From NCBI RefSeq assembly GCF_009914755.1, contig NC_060930.1: DNA of 64,000 nt; one strand, written 5' to 3'. This document shows, piece by piece, positions 26,327 to 38,247 of the stretch; position 1 is the first letter of the stretch; the number at the start of each line of letters is the position of its first letter. Source of the DNA: the human T2T-CHM13v2.0 reference genome, Homo sapiens. Under the pieces are notes generated by a model. That model was not told the DNA's origin and ran no database searches. It saw only the letters and a program-made list of their open reading frames with translations. Both the position numbers and the translations under genes were made by a program.

Positions 26327-27049
26327 GCCTCTGCACATGTTGTCCACTCTGCCTAGATAGCCTTCCTCTTCTGTTTGTATGGTTCTCCTTATATCTTAAT
26401 AGGATATAAGGATATCTTAATAATAATATGAACTCTCAGAGAGGCTTTGCTCAAACCAACCTAGGTAAAGTAGCCTTCTTTCCCAAACACAATTATTACA
26501 TGTCACATCACCTTTCTACATTTCTCTTCTAGAACTTATTACCAGGAATTATTTTGTAAGTTTATTTGTTCATTGTCTTTTCCATTATAGCATATTTATT
26601 GTTCATCACATTATTCCTAGTATCTATGACACTGCTTGGCATATAGTGTATGTAAAATAAGTATTTGCTGAAAGATTGAATAATTGAAGTTGTGTTTAGA
26701 GTCTTGGATGTTTGAAATATGGATCTCAGAGATGGAAAGCAAGTAGGTGATGGGAAGGCCCAAAATGTGGTCATACATGTGAAGAACTGAAGGTTAAGGT
26801 ACCCTGGTATAAAAAGGCTGGATGTTTATCCATAAGGACCATCGCCCCAACTGATGATGGGCCCTGGGTTGGGGAAAGTGTCCAATCTGTGTGCTTCTGC
26901 TTTTGCCTTTCTTTCTTCAAGTTTCTGGAAAAGCCTTCCCTGGAATGAGATTCCTATTGGTACAACAGACTCGAGGTACAGTTTGACTTCCCTAAATTCT
27001 GTCATAATTTCCACTTAATAACTTCATGGATTTTGAGTTCTCATAAACC

Positions 27050-27208
27050 CAGTGGTGTACTGACGTAGCATTTGCCAACTTTCACTTTGTAAATATTCCC
27101 ATCATGGCAGATTTCAAGCTACCCACATGACATCAGCAGAGACACAAAATTCCTGAAAATTTAACTGGCTCTTGTGAATTTGTATGAGCTTATTCCCACA
27201 TACCACTG
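27050..27208 (-). mobile_element. MER63-like hAT DNA transposon (MITE)
   Basis: Terminal inverted repeats CAGTGGTG...TACCACTG; internal GATTTCAAGCTACC and AAAATTCCTGAAAATTTAAC. Confidence 0.78.
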
Positions 27209-29249
27209 TGAAGAAGTCCCATAAAAACTTCCTTCTGACTCCCATCAGATACTCCCTTTTTTCCCCAGCTTCCTTTTAAAAATGTTGCTATATTTCCTGG
27301 AAGCCATTCATCCTGTTGAATAAACCAAATAGAATAATAGGATTTAGAATTTCCTCAAGCATATTCATACTCCTTTGATAGCAGAAGTAAATTTTCCATG
27401 AAGCTACTGAAACTTGAGTATCAGGACCCCTTACTTGGCATGAGTTCCTTCTAACACTCAGGAAGAACCCTAGCGATTTCATATTAGTAATTTTTTAAAA
27501 AAATGTTTTCCTTAAATAATATGTGTTTCCCAAATATTCGAAACTTTAAGGCTCTACAACGTCTGAGTCTGCCCCATAGAGAACATGTAATTGGTTACCA
27601 CATCATAGAGAAAGATGAACATGGCATATATTCTGCAAGTGACTACCACAGTTACCCTGATTTTTACTTCCTAAGTTTGTGAATGAATTGAACCTGACTG
27701 CTGTCCCCTCCCCTACCACTGCCAGTGTTTCTGTAGACATTGCTGCTCTGTGGTATTTTTTCTGTCTCCCTATAACCTTGGCTAATCAGGTGGCATATGA
27801 ACAACCTACAGTACTTAGCATCAGCCAATTTCAAGCCCAGCCTCTTTCAGCAAGTCTAGATCACCCATGGACATCGGATTATTGCTATAGTTTTCCTTTG
27901 TGGATGGTCCCAGGCCTATCCACAGGCAATTTAGAGTGATGCAGACTCAAAGTTGGTTGGTATTTTCTAGATAGTGAGGACTATACTCTCCTGACACTAG
28001 TCTTCAGGACCAGAGTCACCTTTCACCTTTGAAACTGATGCAAAAGGCAAACACAAGGTTTTACAAAGTAAAATAATACCTGTGAAGATACGATGTCAAT
28101 AATATTTCTTAAAGTATTAGAATTTAAAGATGGAAAACTGGTAGGCATTTTTAGCCAGATAATTCTTCTTCTTGTAATACTTTCAGGCAATACTGCATAA
28201 GTACATGGAAATATGAACAGTACGAATGTGGACCCAGAAGGCACTGGGTGGGCCAGTCTGGAAAGAGAGAGCGTATTCACCTATGGAAGCATGCAATTGC
28301 ATTTCTGACATAATCAGCTGCCTGAATTCCATGCCCAAACTTAGCTAATACATTGTTGTCTGTTAGTAATTAAGAGTTCATTAAAAGTGTTTCCTGGTTC
28401 TTTCTTTGGCATTACCTATAAATCAAATTACAGAAAAGTAGATTTGATTTTGAAATCATTTTGGGATTATTTCCTTTTTTGTATATTTTGTTGTTACACA
28501 GTATTTACAGACTTAGAAAAGGAAACATGAGAAATACAACCAACTGTGACAAACAAACAAGAAAAACAAAACAAAAAGTAGAAGCAGAACCATGAATTCC
28601 AAAGAATACTACATATAAAGCATGAAAAGACAGGTTCCACTGGTTTAAAATTCCAACATAAGGAAAGACAGAATTACTAAGTAGATTTAAAAAACATGAA
28701 GGTGTGATTTTATACTATACAAAGGATTTCTTAGCTTTGTTTAAGGTTAAATGATTTCATTTAGTTAGTATCCCAGTACTTTAAGTGTGACTTAGTTTAT
28801 CAAATTCAAATTTCTTGCAGCTATTCAGGAACAATTTAGTTCAATAAAGTAAAGCAAATCTATAGTATGTTAATAGGTTTCTCCATCATCCATTCTTGAA
28901 AGCTCATTTTCTCTCCCAACAATTCCCCAGGTTTCATCCCCCTCTATGAAATTCTGTTTTTTTTTTTCCTTTTTGCTCAAACTGCAGTTTGTTCTATGCC
29001 CCTGATAGCACTCATTTTACTCTCATATATTCAGGTCAGTTGTCCTCATCTTTCTTGCCCATTAGGTTACTTTTAAGACAGATGCTGTGTCTTATGCCTC
29101 TCCGTAACCCATGGTGCCCCCGAACAGAGTTTTAGATATGACAGATAACGTAAGAGTAAAGATGCTTATGAGGTCCTAGATTTTAGAAGATTCCCACTGA
29201 GAATGTTAAATATTAGATGTTTTAAGAAATAAAAAGACAGTAGTTTTTA

Positions 29250-29645
29250 GGCTTAAGATGAACTTTAAGCCACATGTCTGGGTTTGAATCCCAGCTTTGC
29301 CACTCTCATACTGTGTGACTGTGGGCAAATTGCTTAAGTTTTCAGGACATCATTTTGCTCATCTCTAAAATGGGGTAATAATAGTTATCTCATAAGCTGA
29401 TTATGTATACAAAATGGGACAGACACAAAAAGAACTTAAGGCCAGGCACAATGGCTCACACCTATAATCTCAGCACTTTGGAAGGCCGAAATGGGAGGAT
29501 TGCTTGAACTTAAGAGTTTGAGACCAGCCTGGCGACAGTGTGAGACCCCATCTCAAAAAATTAAAAAAAAAAATAGTGTTAAAAAAAGAGCTTAGAATGG
29601 TACCTGGCACATAAACACTTGGTATATGTTTGCAATTATTATTAA
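29250..29645 (+). mobile_element. MIR interrupted by a FLAM
   Basis: CTGGGTTTGAATCCCAGCT...CTGTGTGACTGTGGGCAA...AAAATGGGG...GTACCTGGCACATA. Confidence 0.82.
29440..29582 (+). mobile_element. FLAM (free left Alu monomer)
   Basis: Single monomer with A-tail; TSD AAAAAGAACTTAA/AAAAAGAGCTTAG. Confidence 0.88.
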
Positions 29646-30111
29646 TCATAAATACATATCGATAAATTGTTTTACATGAATGCATACCACAGGACTGTGT
29701 TCCCATTATGTAAAATGAGAACAATGACTTATAAATAAGACCTATAGATTGATTCTGATATTGTGATGATGATATTGGTAATTTTAATTTTTTTCTGTAC
29801 TCTTAAAAAAATTTCCAAGTTATTTACCTACATGTATTAGTTTATAAATGGGAAATCTGATATTGTTTCTTAAATAACTGAAGATTCATATAAGCAAAAG
29901 TTTGAAATAGAAGATAATATAATTTAATAAACTTAGACTAAAAATGTTAATTTGACTTAAAATTATATTGGGAGATTATAAAAATCAAACTCATTTCAAG
30001 CATGGACTGCATCAATGAAGAATATAAAGGGAAATATCTATAGGAAACCTCTGGGAACTTTCTGATGAGCTGATGTTACACACTGTTATTCTATGGGAAT
30101 GTTTGATATCT

Positions 30112-30325
30112 TCAGATGCTGAGATGGTGTTTGGGTTTCAAACTTTTTGTTAAGGATCAACACTTGAAAAAGGAAGGAGGAAGAAGCAGAACTGGGCAAG
30201 GAAGACGAACAGTGTTGCAGGCCCACCAAGGTTTTAGTAACCTGGTGAGGATCTCTAGGGTAGGAATTTTCTGTCTGAGTGTCTCAGGCCAGGTCCTGCC
30301 TTGCTTAATCACCAAATGTGGGCTA
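30112..30325 (-). mobile_element. LTR33-like ERVL LTR fragment
   Basis: CAGATGCTGAGATGG...GAAGCAGAACTGGGCAAGG pattern. Confidence 0.6.
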
Positions 30326-30334
30326 CTTTGAATG

Positions 30335-30510
30335 TTTTACATATATTATTACATTTAATTCTATGACATTTCAAGGTAATAATGTTATTGGTTTTATATT
30401 TATTTTATCCTTAAATTTTCCAGAGAGGACACTGAGGCATAAAGAAGTTAAATGTCTCAAGATCACATAGCTAGCAATGTAATCCCAGGCAGGCTGACTC
30501 TAGATCCTGA
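30335..30510 (-). mobile_element. MIR
   Basis: ACTGAGGCATAAAGAAGTTAA...AAGATCACATAGCTAG...CCCAGGCAGGCTGACTCTAGA. Confidence 0.72.
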
Positions 30511-31159
30511 TGAAAGAAGCTCTACGTTACTGTGTTTTAGAGAAAGGAAAGCAGTGACTGCCTTATATGACTTAGGTCACCAGACCTAGCTGAATTTCAT
30601 TTCGAGGTAATAAAATAAATCATAGATTAAATTTTATCAACATTCTTGGTAACGATTCAGTTTGTGAAAATTTATGGTGAAATAGGTATGATAAATGAAC
30701 AGATACTATAAAACAAAGTTCTCAAAAGAAAAGGAGGGAGAGTTGTATGCATAAACCGTAAATTAGAAACATTAAAAATGAAAAGAAGGCTCATGAATTC
30801 AAAATGAGTTCACATGAATAAATCTCAACAAAAAATAATCTTTTACCAATATGTTTATGCATTTATGGATAATTACAGTAGAATTTTGTTGTAAATGGCA
30901 TTGCTTTCTGTTGTTAAAGAGATTAAAAACAGAGTTAAGATCTGACTCTAGAATTAGGCTGAATACATATTTGCTTCCATGACATAGTTTGAAGAGGACA
31001 TTTAAGAAAGTTAAATTTACCAAAGTCTTGTCACAGAGACAAGTATTACCATTCTTACTGATATTACTATTTTGGGATATTTTCAGTGGGTCATTCAATC
31101 AACAACTGTCTTGGGAGTATCTGTGATGTGTGGGATGCCAAGAACGCCGAAAGTCTTAC

Positions 31160-31560
31160 CTGAGTATAAAATTCTGTGGTTCTTAATTCAAGTTTGCATC
31201 CTCTACACTGGGGAGAAGCTAAATATAAGTGAAAGATTATAGGACTGTGTTACTTGGGATTGCTAACGTATCTAGTGGACATTGTTTTTGTGATTATCAA
31301 GTTACTCTCCACCATCAATCACAATCAGTAGATATAGGGATACAACTCAGGGTCATTGGTTGAACAGGACTAAACTCACTCAGGGATATGGGTACCTATG
31401 CCTTCTTAGGAATAATATTGGAGGAATATGAAGAAGAAAAGAGTAGCTGTGAAGAATCTCACAAAGCTCCAGCAGTATCTTCAAAAAGCTCCGGCAGTAT
31501 CTTCCATTTTTGCACTGATTTTCTTTCACAGTGTACAAAGTGAAAACAAACAAATGATAC
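31160..31560 (-). other. Candidate pair of non-coding exons (31560-31380 and 31218-31160) separated by a 161-nt intron
   Basis: Acceptor CTTCATCTCATCACCTAG|G; donor TGA|GTGAGT; acceptor CTTTCACTTATATTTAG|; donor CAG|GTAAGA; stops in all frames of the first exon. Confidence 0.3.
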
Positions 31561-32948
31561 CTAGGTGATGAGATGAAGTATTGAAAGACTTGAAGGCTAA
31601 GGAAAATACCCAAAGATATCTCTACAAGTGTAGTAACATTCTAAATATTTGAAGAGGTGGGAAGAATAAATCCCTCACTGTCATTTAGAGTATGCTGAGA
31701 CTAATCCAGCAACCTTAAAGCTCAAGCCACTGCTGATGCATTGACTTTGCACGAATCAAGACCCTAGAGAAAATGGGATAAGCTGGATGTTGACATGAAC
31801 TCCACTATAGGTAACATTTTCTCTGAAAACAGAAAGGTGGTCTATATTCCATTTTCCCCATGATAACGAAACACAATAATGAAGAAAAATAAGAAAAACC
31901 AGCAGAATAAAATTTAGCACACCAATATTTAAGATAGCTTGCAGTTTAATCATTTCAAAAGTATAGCATTTAACTTCAATAACTGATTGAATACTGTATC
32001 CCTCAACTCCAGGATACAGTAATCTGGAGTTGAGGGGAAAAATAGCAACTAGTTGATAAAGTCCACAAAAAAATTAACACTTGATTTATCTGTGTTCTAT
32101 TAAAAAAATACTGAAATTATTAATAGTAGTGATAACGGTAAAAATGAAACCCTGAATTGCAGAACATTTTTTTAATAGAGTTTTCTTTTAGTTAGTTGTT
32201 TTGTTTATTCTCAATATACCTGCTCTAATTGTGTGAATAATAGATTGTTTGTTTTACAAGTGAAGAAATTAGGGAAACCTAACAAAAGTAACAAAGGTCA
32301 AGTTACCTTTAGCCAGCCTTCCTTCACCAAGAACATCAAATAGAAGCAGGACATGCTACTTTATAAAATGTCTTCTAGTAAAGGGTAACAGTAGCAACGC
32401 GTCCTAGTTCTCTTCTATAGTCTTTGCATATTTTTCTTCTTTTGTTCTCCCTCTGTATGTGCCAATTTTTTCTCTTTTCCCACTTGTAATTTTCACATAA
32501 AGAAAATAATTATTGCTTCATGGAATCCCATGACACTGCAAAATGAGGAGAGCAGTGGCCCAGAAGGAATGGCAGTAGTTGCATATATACCACAGTGTTG
32601 ACATCTAAGTATTTAATTAAATCAGACTTTTCCACGGGGATCAGAGAATATTTAAGACTGAATCCCGGTTGAAGGACTCTTGGGCAATCACCACAGCAAG
32701 GAAACCAAGAGTTAGATTTTTTTTTTTTCAAACAAAGATATTGGGCAAGTAATGTTAAAAAAACAAAAAGATAGTATGAAATAGCAATTAGTTTTAGATA
32801 TTTTAATTCTGATGATAATAAAAAAGAAATAATTTTAGCATCTGAAATAGCAAAAGCTGGAGCTTCCTTCCACAGGAATGCAACACCATTCTTGGGGATA
32901 CAAATCTTGCGGCCGAGATGGTGACACTTAACATCTGTATGAGGATGC

Positions 32949-32965
32949 TGGCCACCTAGAGGCAA
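32949..32965 (-). promoter_or_regulatory. Candidate CTCF motif
   Basis: Minus strand reads TTGCCTCTAGGTGGCCA, close to CCRSYAGRKGGCR. Confidence 0.35.
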
Positions 32966-33493
32966 AGCCTGGGAGAGTGATGCGTCAGAGGAACAGAGGA
33001 AGGGGCCTTCTTTATCCTCTACTTTTAGTCTTCCTTCTTCTCTATGCTTTAAAAATATTCTTAGCAGTCAAGTTGGGATGCCTATCATTAACCAAATGAA
33101 AACGACAGATTCATTTGACTGTCACTTTTACTATTGATACATCTCCTCCCCTGAGGCATTTGTCTAAACAATTTTGCCTGGAAGAATAAACCTTGAAGAG
33201 TTGGATTTCCGTTATCATGAATAAAATGGTAGTAACCCACCTTTGGGTTTTTAATTCAAATCCCTTCACATCTTATAGGCATGATTATATACATATATAT
33301 GAATACATTATATATATATGCATATATCTACATTTTATCAAAACCATCCTTGAATTAATTCAAGCCTCACTTGAATTAGCACATTTGTGCAGTAACTAAG
33401 TCAATGGTTAAGCCAATTAAATTCTTTTTTATTTGACAATTTAAATATTAGAGTTTTTCTGAGTTTTCTTTTTTCTTTTTTTTTTCTGTGAGA

Positions 33494-33571
33494 TGAGTAA
33501 GTTTGATGGATTTAAATACTCTTTTTATGCTCTGAATAAGTTTGATGGATTTACATACTCTTTTTATGCTC
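33494..33571. repeat. 39-bp tandem duplication (2 mismatches)
   Basis: 33494-33532 versus 33533-33571. Confidence 0.95.
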
Positions 33572-33584
33572 CTTGTATCCTAGG

Positions 33585-34700
33585 AGTAGAAAAAAGTTCC
33601 TTAAGTCTCTAGTAGCTAACATCCAAAAGTAAAAAACTGATAGACTTGCTATACTAAAATTAAGGCTGTCTATCCAAAAACAACAAAAATATCAATAGAC
33701 AGACAAGATAATTGGAATTATTAAATAGCAATAAGGGATCATTATCTCTTCTACAAAACATGAATGGAAGAGAAGAAAGACAATAGGAAAAATACATGTA
33801 AGGCAGTGGTCTCCAACCTTTTTAGCACCAGGAACTGGTTTTGTGGAAGACAATATTTTTCCATGGATAAGGATGAGGGGATGGTTTTGATATGAAACTA
33901 TTCCACTTCAGATCATCAGGCATTAGTTAGATTTTCATAAGGAGCACACAACCTAGATCCTCACATATGCAGGTTCACCTCCTGTTGTGCAGCCTGGTTC
34001 CTAACAGGCCATGGACCACTACTGGTTTATGGCTCCGGGTTTGGGAATGACTGGTGCAAGGGAAAAGCCTAAATGACCTACAAATATATGGAGAAACTCA
34101 AACTCACTGGTAATGAGAAAACAAAATTAAAGTATCAGATACCACCGTTTAGACATGAAAATACCAAAATTATAAAGGTTCATAAAATAAAATATTGGTG
34201 CAGATATAGGGAGATGAATACTTTTTTGAGTTTTGTTGATGAGAGTGTAAGTTAATAGAACCAATCTAAGGCAACATAGGTAAGTTAAGCAGATAGATAA
34301 GTATCTATATGTTTTAAGATTCAGCAATGCAATCCCTGAATATACTTTTTAAATAATTTCTCACTCAGGTCCAGAAGTAGATGTGCTCTCAGGTCCAACA
34401 AGTAGATGTGCAGGAGGGAGTTCATCATGGTATTTTTTTGTATTAGGAAACGGAGGTCTTCCTTGGAGTCCTTCACTAGCTAAGGGTGTTGATACATGAA
34501 ATGGATGCATTTTATGGATTTACATACAGGATTAGAGGCACTGAACCAGGTGTATAAATGACCACATGGGTAGGCTGAATGCACAGTGTTGAGTGAAAAG
34601 ATAAAATAAGATTTTAGTACAATTTGTGCAAAACCACATGAGTATAAAAAGCAATGCTACATACTCACGTATTTAAATCAAGTACATGAGACAAGATGAC
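33585..34700 (+). mobile_element. Ancient L1M(E)-type relic, interrupted by MER1B
   Basis: A-rich ORF2 3'-end-like blocks (AAACTCACTGGTAAT, GATACCAC, AAATATTGGTG, GAGAGTGTAA); boundaries approximate. Confidence 0.6.
33804..34053 (+). mobile_element. MER1B hAT-Charlie element, internally deleted
   Basis: CAGTGGTCTCCAACCTTTTTAGCACCAGG start, CAGATCATCAGGCATTAG internal; 8-bp TSD ATGTAAGG/GTGCAAGG. Confidence 0.88.
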
Positions 34701-35150
34701 TGACAGGTTAAGAATGAGTGGTAAGTGGGAGTAAGGGTTGAGAAGAAAAGGAATAAATTAAATGGAGAGGGGCCTTGCCTAGACTGATTTGCCATGAAAT
34801 GAGAATGACAACTGAAGGACTTCAAAAAAAGAAATAAAAATGTTAGTAAATGAGAAATTGTATCGTCAACATTTGTGAAAACATCTTACTGCATTTAAAA
34901 TGAAATTCCAGTAACTTCCCTAGGCCTACAGGGCCCCAGCATGACCAAGGGACTATCTATCTGTCATTATACTTTGGCCCTATTGGCCCTACCTCAGTGT
35001 CTGGGACACATCATAATTTTTTATACCTCAGAAACTTTGTTCATTCAGTTTCCTCTTGATGGGAGGCCACTTTCTCCTTCTTTGGGCTTGCTGAATTGTC
35101 ACTTCTTAGGGGAACAATCCCTGTTCATCCATTCAAAGGGGTCCCCGTCC

Positions 35151-35446
35151 TTTATTTTATTTTTTTTGAGACAGAGTATCACTCTGTTGCCCAGGCTGGA
35201 GTGGAGTGGCGCAACTTCGGCTCACTGCAACCTCTGCCTCCTGGGTTCAAGTAATTATCATGCCTCAGCCTCCTGAGTAGCTGGGATTACAGGGGTCCGC
35301 CATGACACCTGGCTAATTTTTGTATTTTCAGTATTGATGGGGTTTTACCATGTTGCCCAGGCTGATCTCGAACCCCTGACCTCAGGTGATCCACCTGCCT
35401 CGGCCTCCTAAAGTGCTGGGATTACAGGCGTGATGTAATCCGGGCC
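35151..35446 (-). mobile_element. AluSx with an altered 5' end, within an L2 relic
   Basis: Dimer with CCTGACCTCAGGTGATCC. Confidence 0.95.
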
Positions 35447-35744
35447 CTTTTCCCTTCGTCTTTATCATAGATCCTTCTTTGATTCTTTGTTCACACAACA
35501 AACTGTAGTTCTTTTATTTGCCTCTTCACATACCATTTGTCCTCTACCAGCTGGTAAATTCCATTAGGGAAGAAAATATAAATTAATACAAATATGACAT
35601 GACAATTATTCATTTGTGAATAAAGAGAAATGAAAATTTAAAAATAAATTATGACTTTCCTTCTAAGGTTTTAAAATCCCTATTCCCATCAGCTGATGCT
35701 CATAATACTAACCCCCTCCATTATGTGAGAGCTATTTTCCTTGG

Positions 35745-35840
35745 AGAAACTGAGTCACAGGAGGATTGGTTAAGGTCACTCCATGAGTCAGTAACTTTGC
35801 TCGGAATGAAAACCCAGAAGGCTGACTCACTGCATTCTAG
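35745..35840. promoter_or_regulatory. Candidate AP-1/TEAD enhancer in a MIR relic
   Basis: TGAGTCA 35751, TGAGTCA 35784, TGACTCA 35823, GGAATG 35803, CATTCT 35833, AAGGTCA 35772. Confidence 0.45.
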
Positions 35841-37556
35841 GTGGTGAGCGCTCAGCCACAGTCCTCAGCTGCTGTGCCCAGTCAGTCTGAGGTCAGCAAC
35901 TGATTTAAAGAAATCATAACTGTCTTTAATCAAAACAGATGCAATTCTATAGATATTGACATGTGTTCTGTGGTATTTCTATTTTTCTTAGAAGGAGACT
36001 ATAAATAAAACAATCAAAGTATGCTAAAACAGTAGGCATGAGAAAGGATTTTTAAAAATTTTATTTACATTGCATACATTGTATAAAAATCCAAAAGCCC
36101 TTGAAATAACCATGCATACACCACATTTTACCAAAAACAATATTCTGTGTTCCTCATTACTAACAACTCAAGGGACAACAATACTTTCCAACTGTGTTAT
36201 AAATGTTTTTTGTTATAAATGAAGTGAGATTTTTACTTGCTGAAATGAATGGTACTTTCGTATACCGAGGCCAATTGCATTGATTCAGCCAGTCAGTTAT
36301 TCATTCAACATACATTTATTTAGTGTGTGTTATGCACTTTGCAGGGTGACAGACAGAATCCTTACTCTCGTGGAGCTTACATTTATTATTCTATGTGACC
36401 ATGAATAGATTAAACTCTGCTTGTCCATGAGATGAGCAAAAAAGAGTACACCTATTTTTTTCTTATACTTTTTGCTGAAAAATGATACTATCGTTAAAGC
36501 TTTTTCTTATATATATATTTTTCTAAAATTATTGTAGTTTAAAAGCATACTTTACCTGTAGATATTTATTAGTGCTAAATTTTTTTTAAAGTGAAAGTTA
36601 TTTGAAAACATGTGAATTGCTTGCTATACACACTGAAAATAAGCTGCAGCTGTGTGTAATGAAACGTGGTTTATTGTTCGTCAGAAAGAAAAAGTCGTGA
36701 TCCATTCTTTCATAAGAATGTGAATATTACAGACTTTTGAAAATCAGACTATGTGTATGGCTATGACAAAACTAAACAGGGGTGAAATATTCAAGTATAT
36801 GTACTGTGGCCATAGTATACTGTTAAACCTCACAGTAGATATTCAGAATCCAATGTAGTCAAGATCAAGTACAAGTGACTGAGAGTATAATTAAAACGTA
36901 CACATAGCATCCAAGTAGAAACCTGATAATTAGAGAATTATAGTCTTTCTATGGGCAGGAATATATGTATCTTTTTTAATGATAAATTACAATTCAGGAT
37001 TTGAAACTCATTTATAAAGGGCATGATACTTTTCTGAAAAATAGGTTTGTAAGATTAGAAAAAGATAAACGTCTAAAAATGGAAGACTTTATACTGAAAA
37101 AGAGAATGCCTCCACTTAGTTTTTCATGCAAATAAAATTTCTGTGACTAACGGATACTGGATAACAATATGCTATGTGAAAACCCATGTACGTGGACAGA
37201 ACTGAGGCCACAAGTCCTGGTTCACAATTATCAGCTTTTAACCACCACTTTATTTTGCATTCCCCTTATTCTCGTTTTTGAGGAATGAACAATGAATAAA
37301 AACTTAGAAATGAAGTCGTCAAATTGCAGAAACAATTCTGTGAGAGCCAACACTCTATGGTGAAAAGAGATTGGTAGTTAGAAAAACTGTCAAAATCCCA
37401 AGGACGCATATTTTTCCTCTTCGGATTTCAGTTATCCTATGAATAAAGTAGAAATAATGTTTACCCTTTAGAGGAGCTCAATTATGACAATGATGATTGA
37501 GGAAGGTGATGATGGTGATGACAATGATAGTAATGATTTATGATGATGGTTGTGGT

Positions 37557-38156
37557 TGTGATGATTAATTTTATGTGTCAACTGAGCTGGGCTAAGGGAT
37601 GCCCAGATAGTTGGTAAAGGTTATTTCTGGGTGTGTGTGTCTGTGAGGGTGTTTCCAGAAGAGATTATCATTGGAATCAGTAGACTGAGTAAAGAAGATC
37701 ACCTTCACCAATGTGCATGGGTGTTAGTTAATCCTTTGAGGGCCTGAATAGAACAAAAAGGCAGAGGAAGGGTGAATTTGTTCTCTGCTTGAGCTGGGAC
37801 ATCCATTATTTCCTGTCTTGGACATCAGCACTCTTGGTTCTTGGTGCTTCAGGACTGGGACTTAACATCACTGGCTCACCTCACCAGTTCTCAGGCCTTC
37901 AGACATGGTCTGAAATCTACACCATTAGCTCCCCTGGCACACAGGTGCTCAGATTTGGACTGGAACTACTGCAGGTGCTCAAATTTGGACTGGAACTACA
38001 CCACTGGCTTCCCTGGGTCTCTAGAATGCAGAGGACAGATAATGGTACTTCTCAACCCTCATAATTACATGAACCAAAACCTCATAATAAGTCTCTTTCT
38101 AGATATCTTTATGTGTCCTACTGCTTTTATTTCTGTAGAGAACCCTAATTAGGACA
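37557..38156 (+). mobile_element. MLT2B (ERVL) solo LTR
   Basis: TGTGATGATTAATTTTATGTGTCAACT start, GAGAACCCTAATTAGGACA end; perfect TSD GTGGT. Confidence 0.92.
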
Positions 38157-38247
38157 GTGGTGATGTCTAACATTTAATTGTGCTTGTCATGTAGCACACT
38201 CAGTGTTAGGTGCTGTCCATGCCCTGTGCAATCTAGTGTAGTGGTAA

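Noticed and set aside
32510-32965. 151-aa minus-strand ORF in unique DNA
   Set aside because: Non-ATG start, crosses a homopolymer run, no recognisable domain and low-complexity composition
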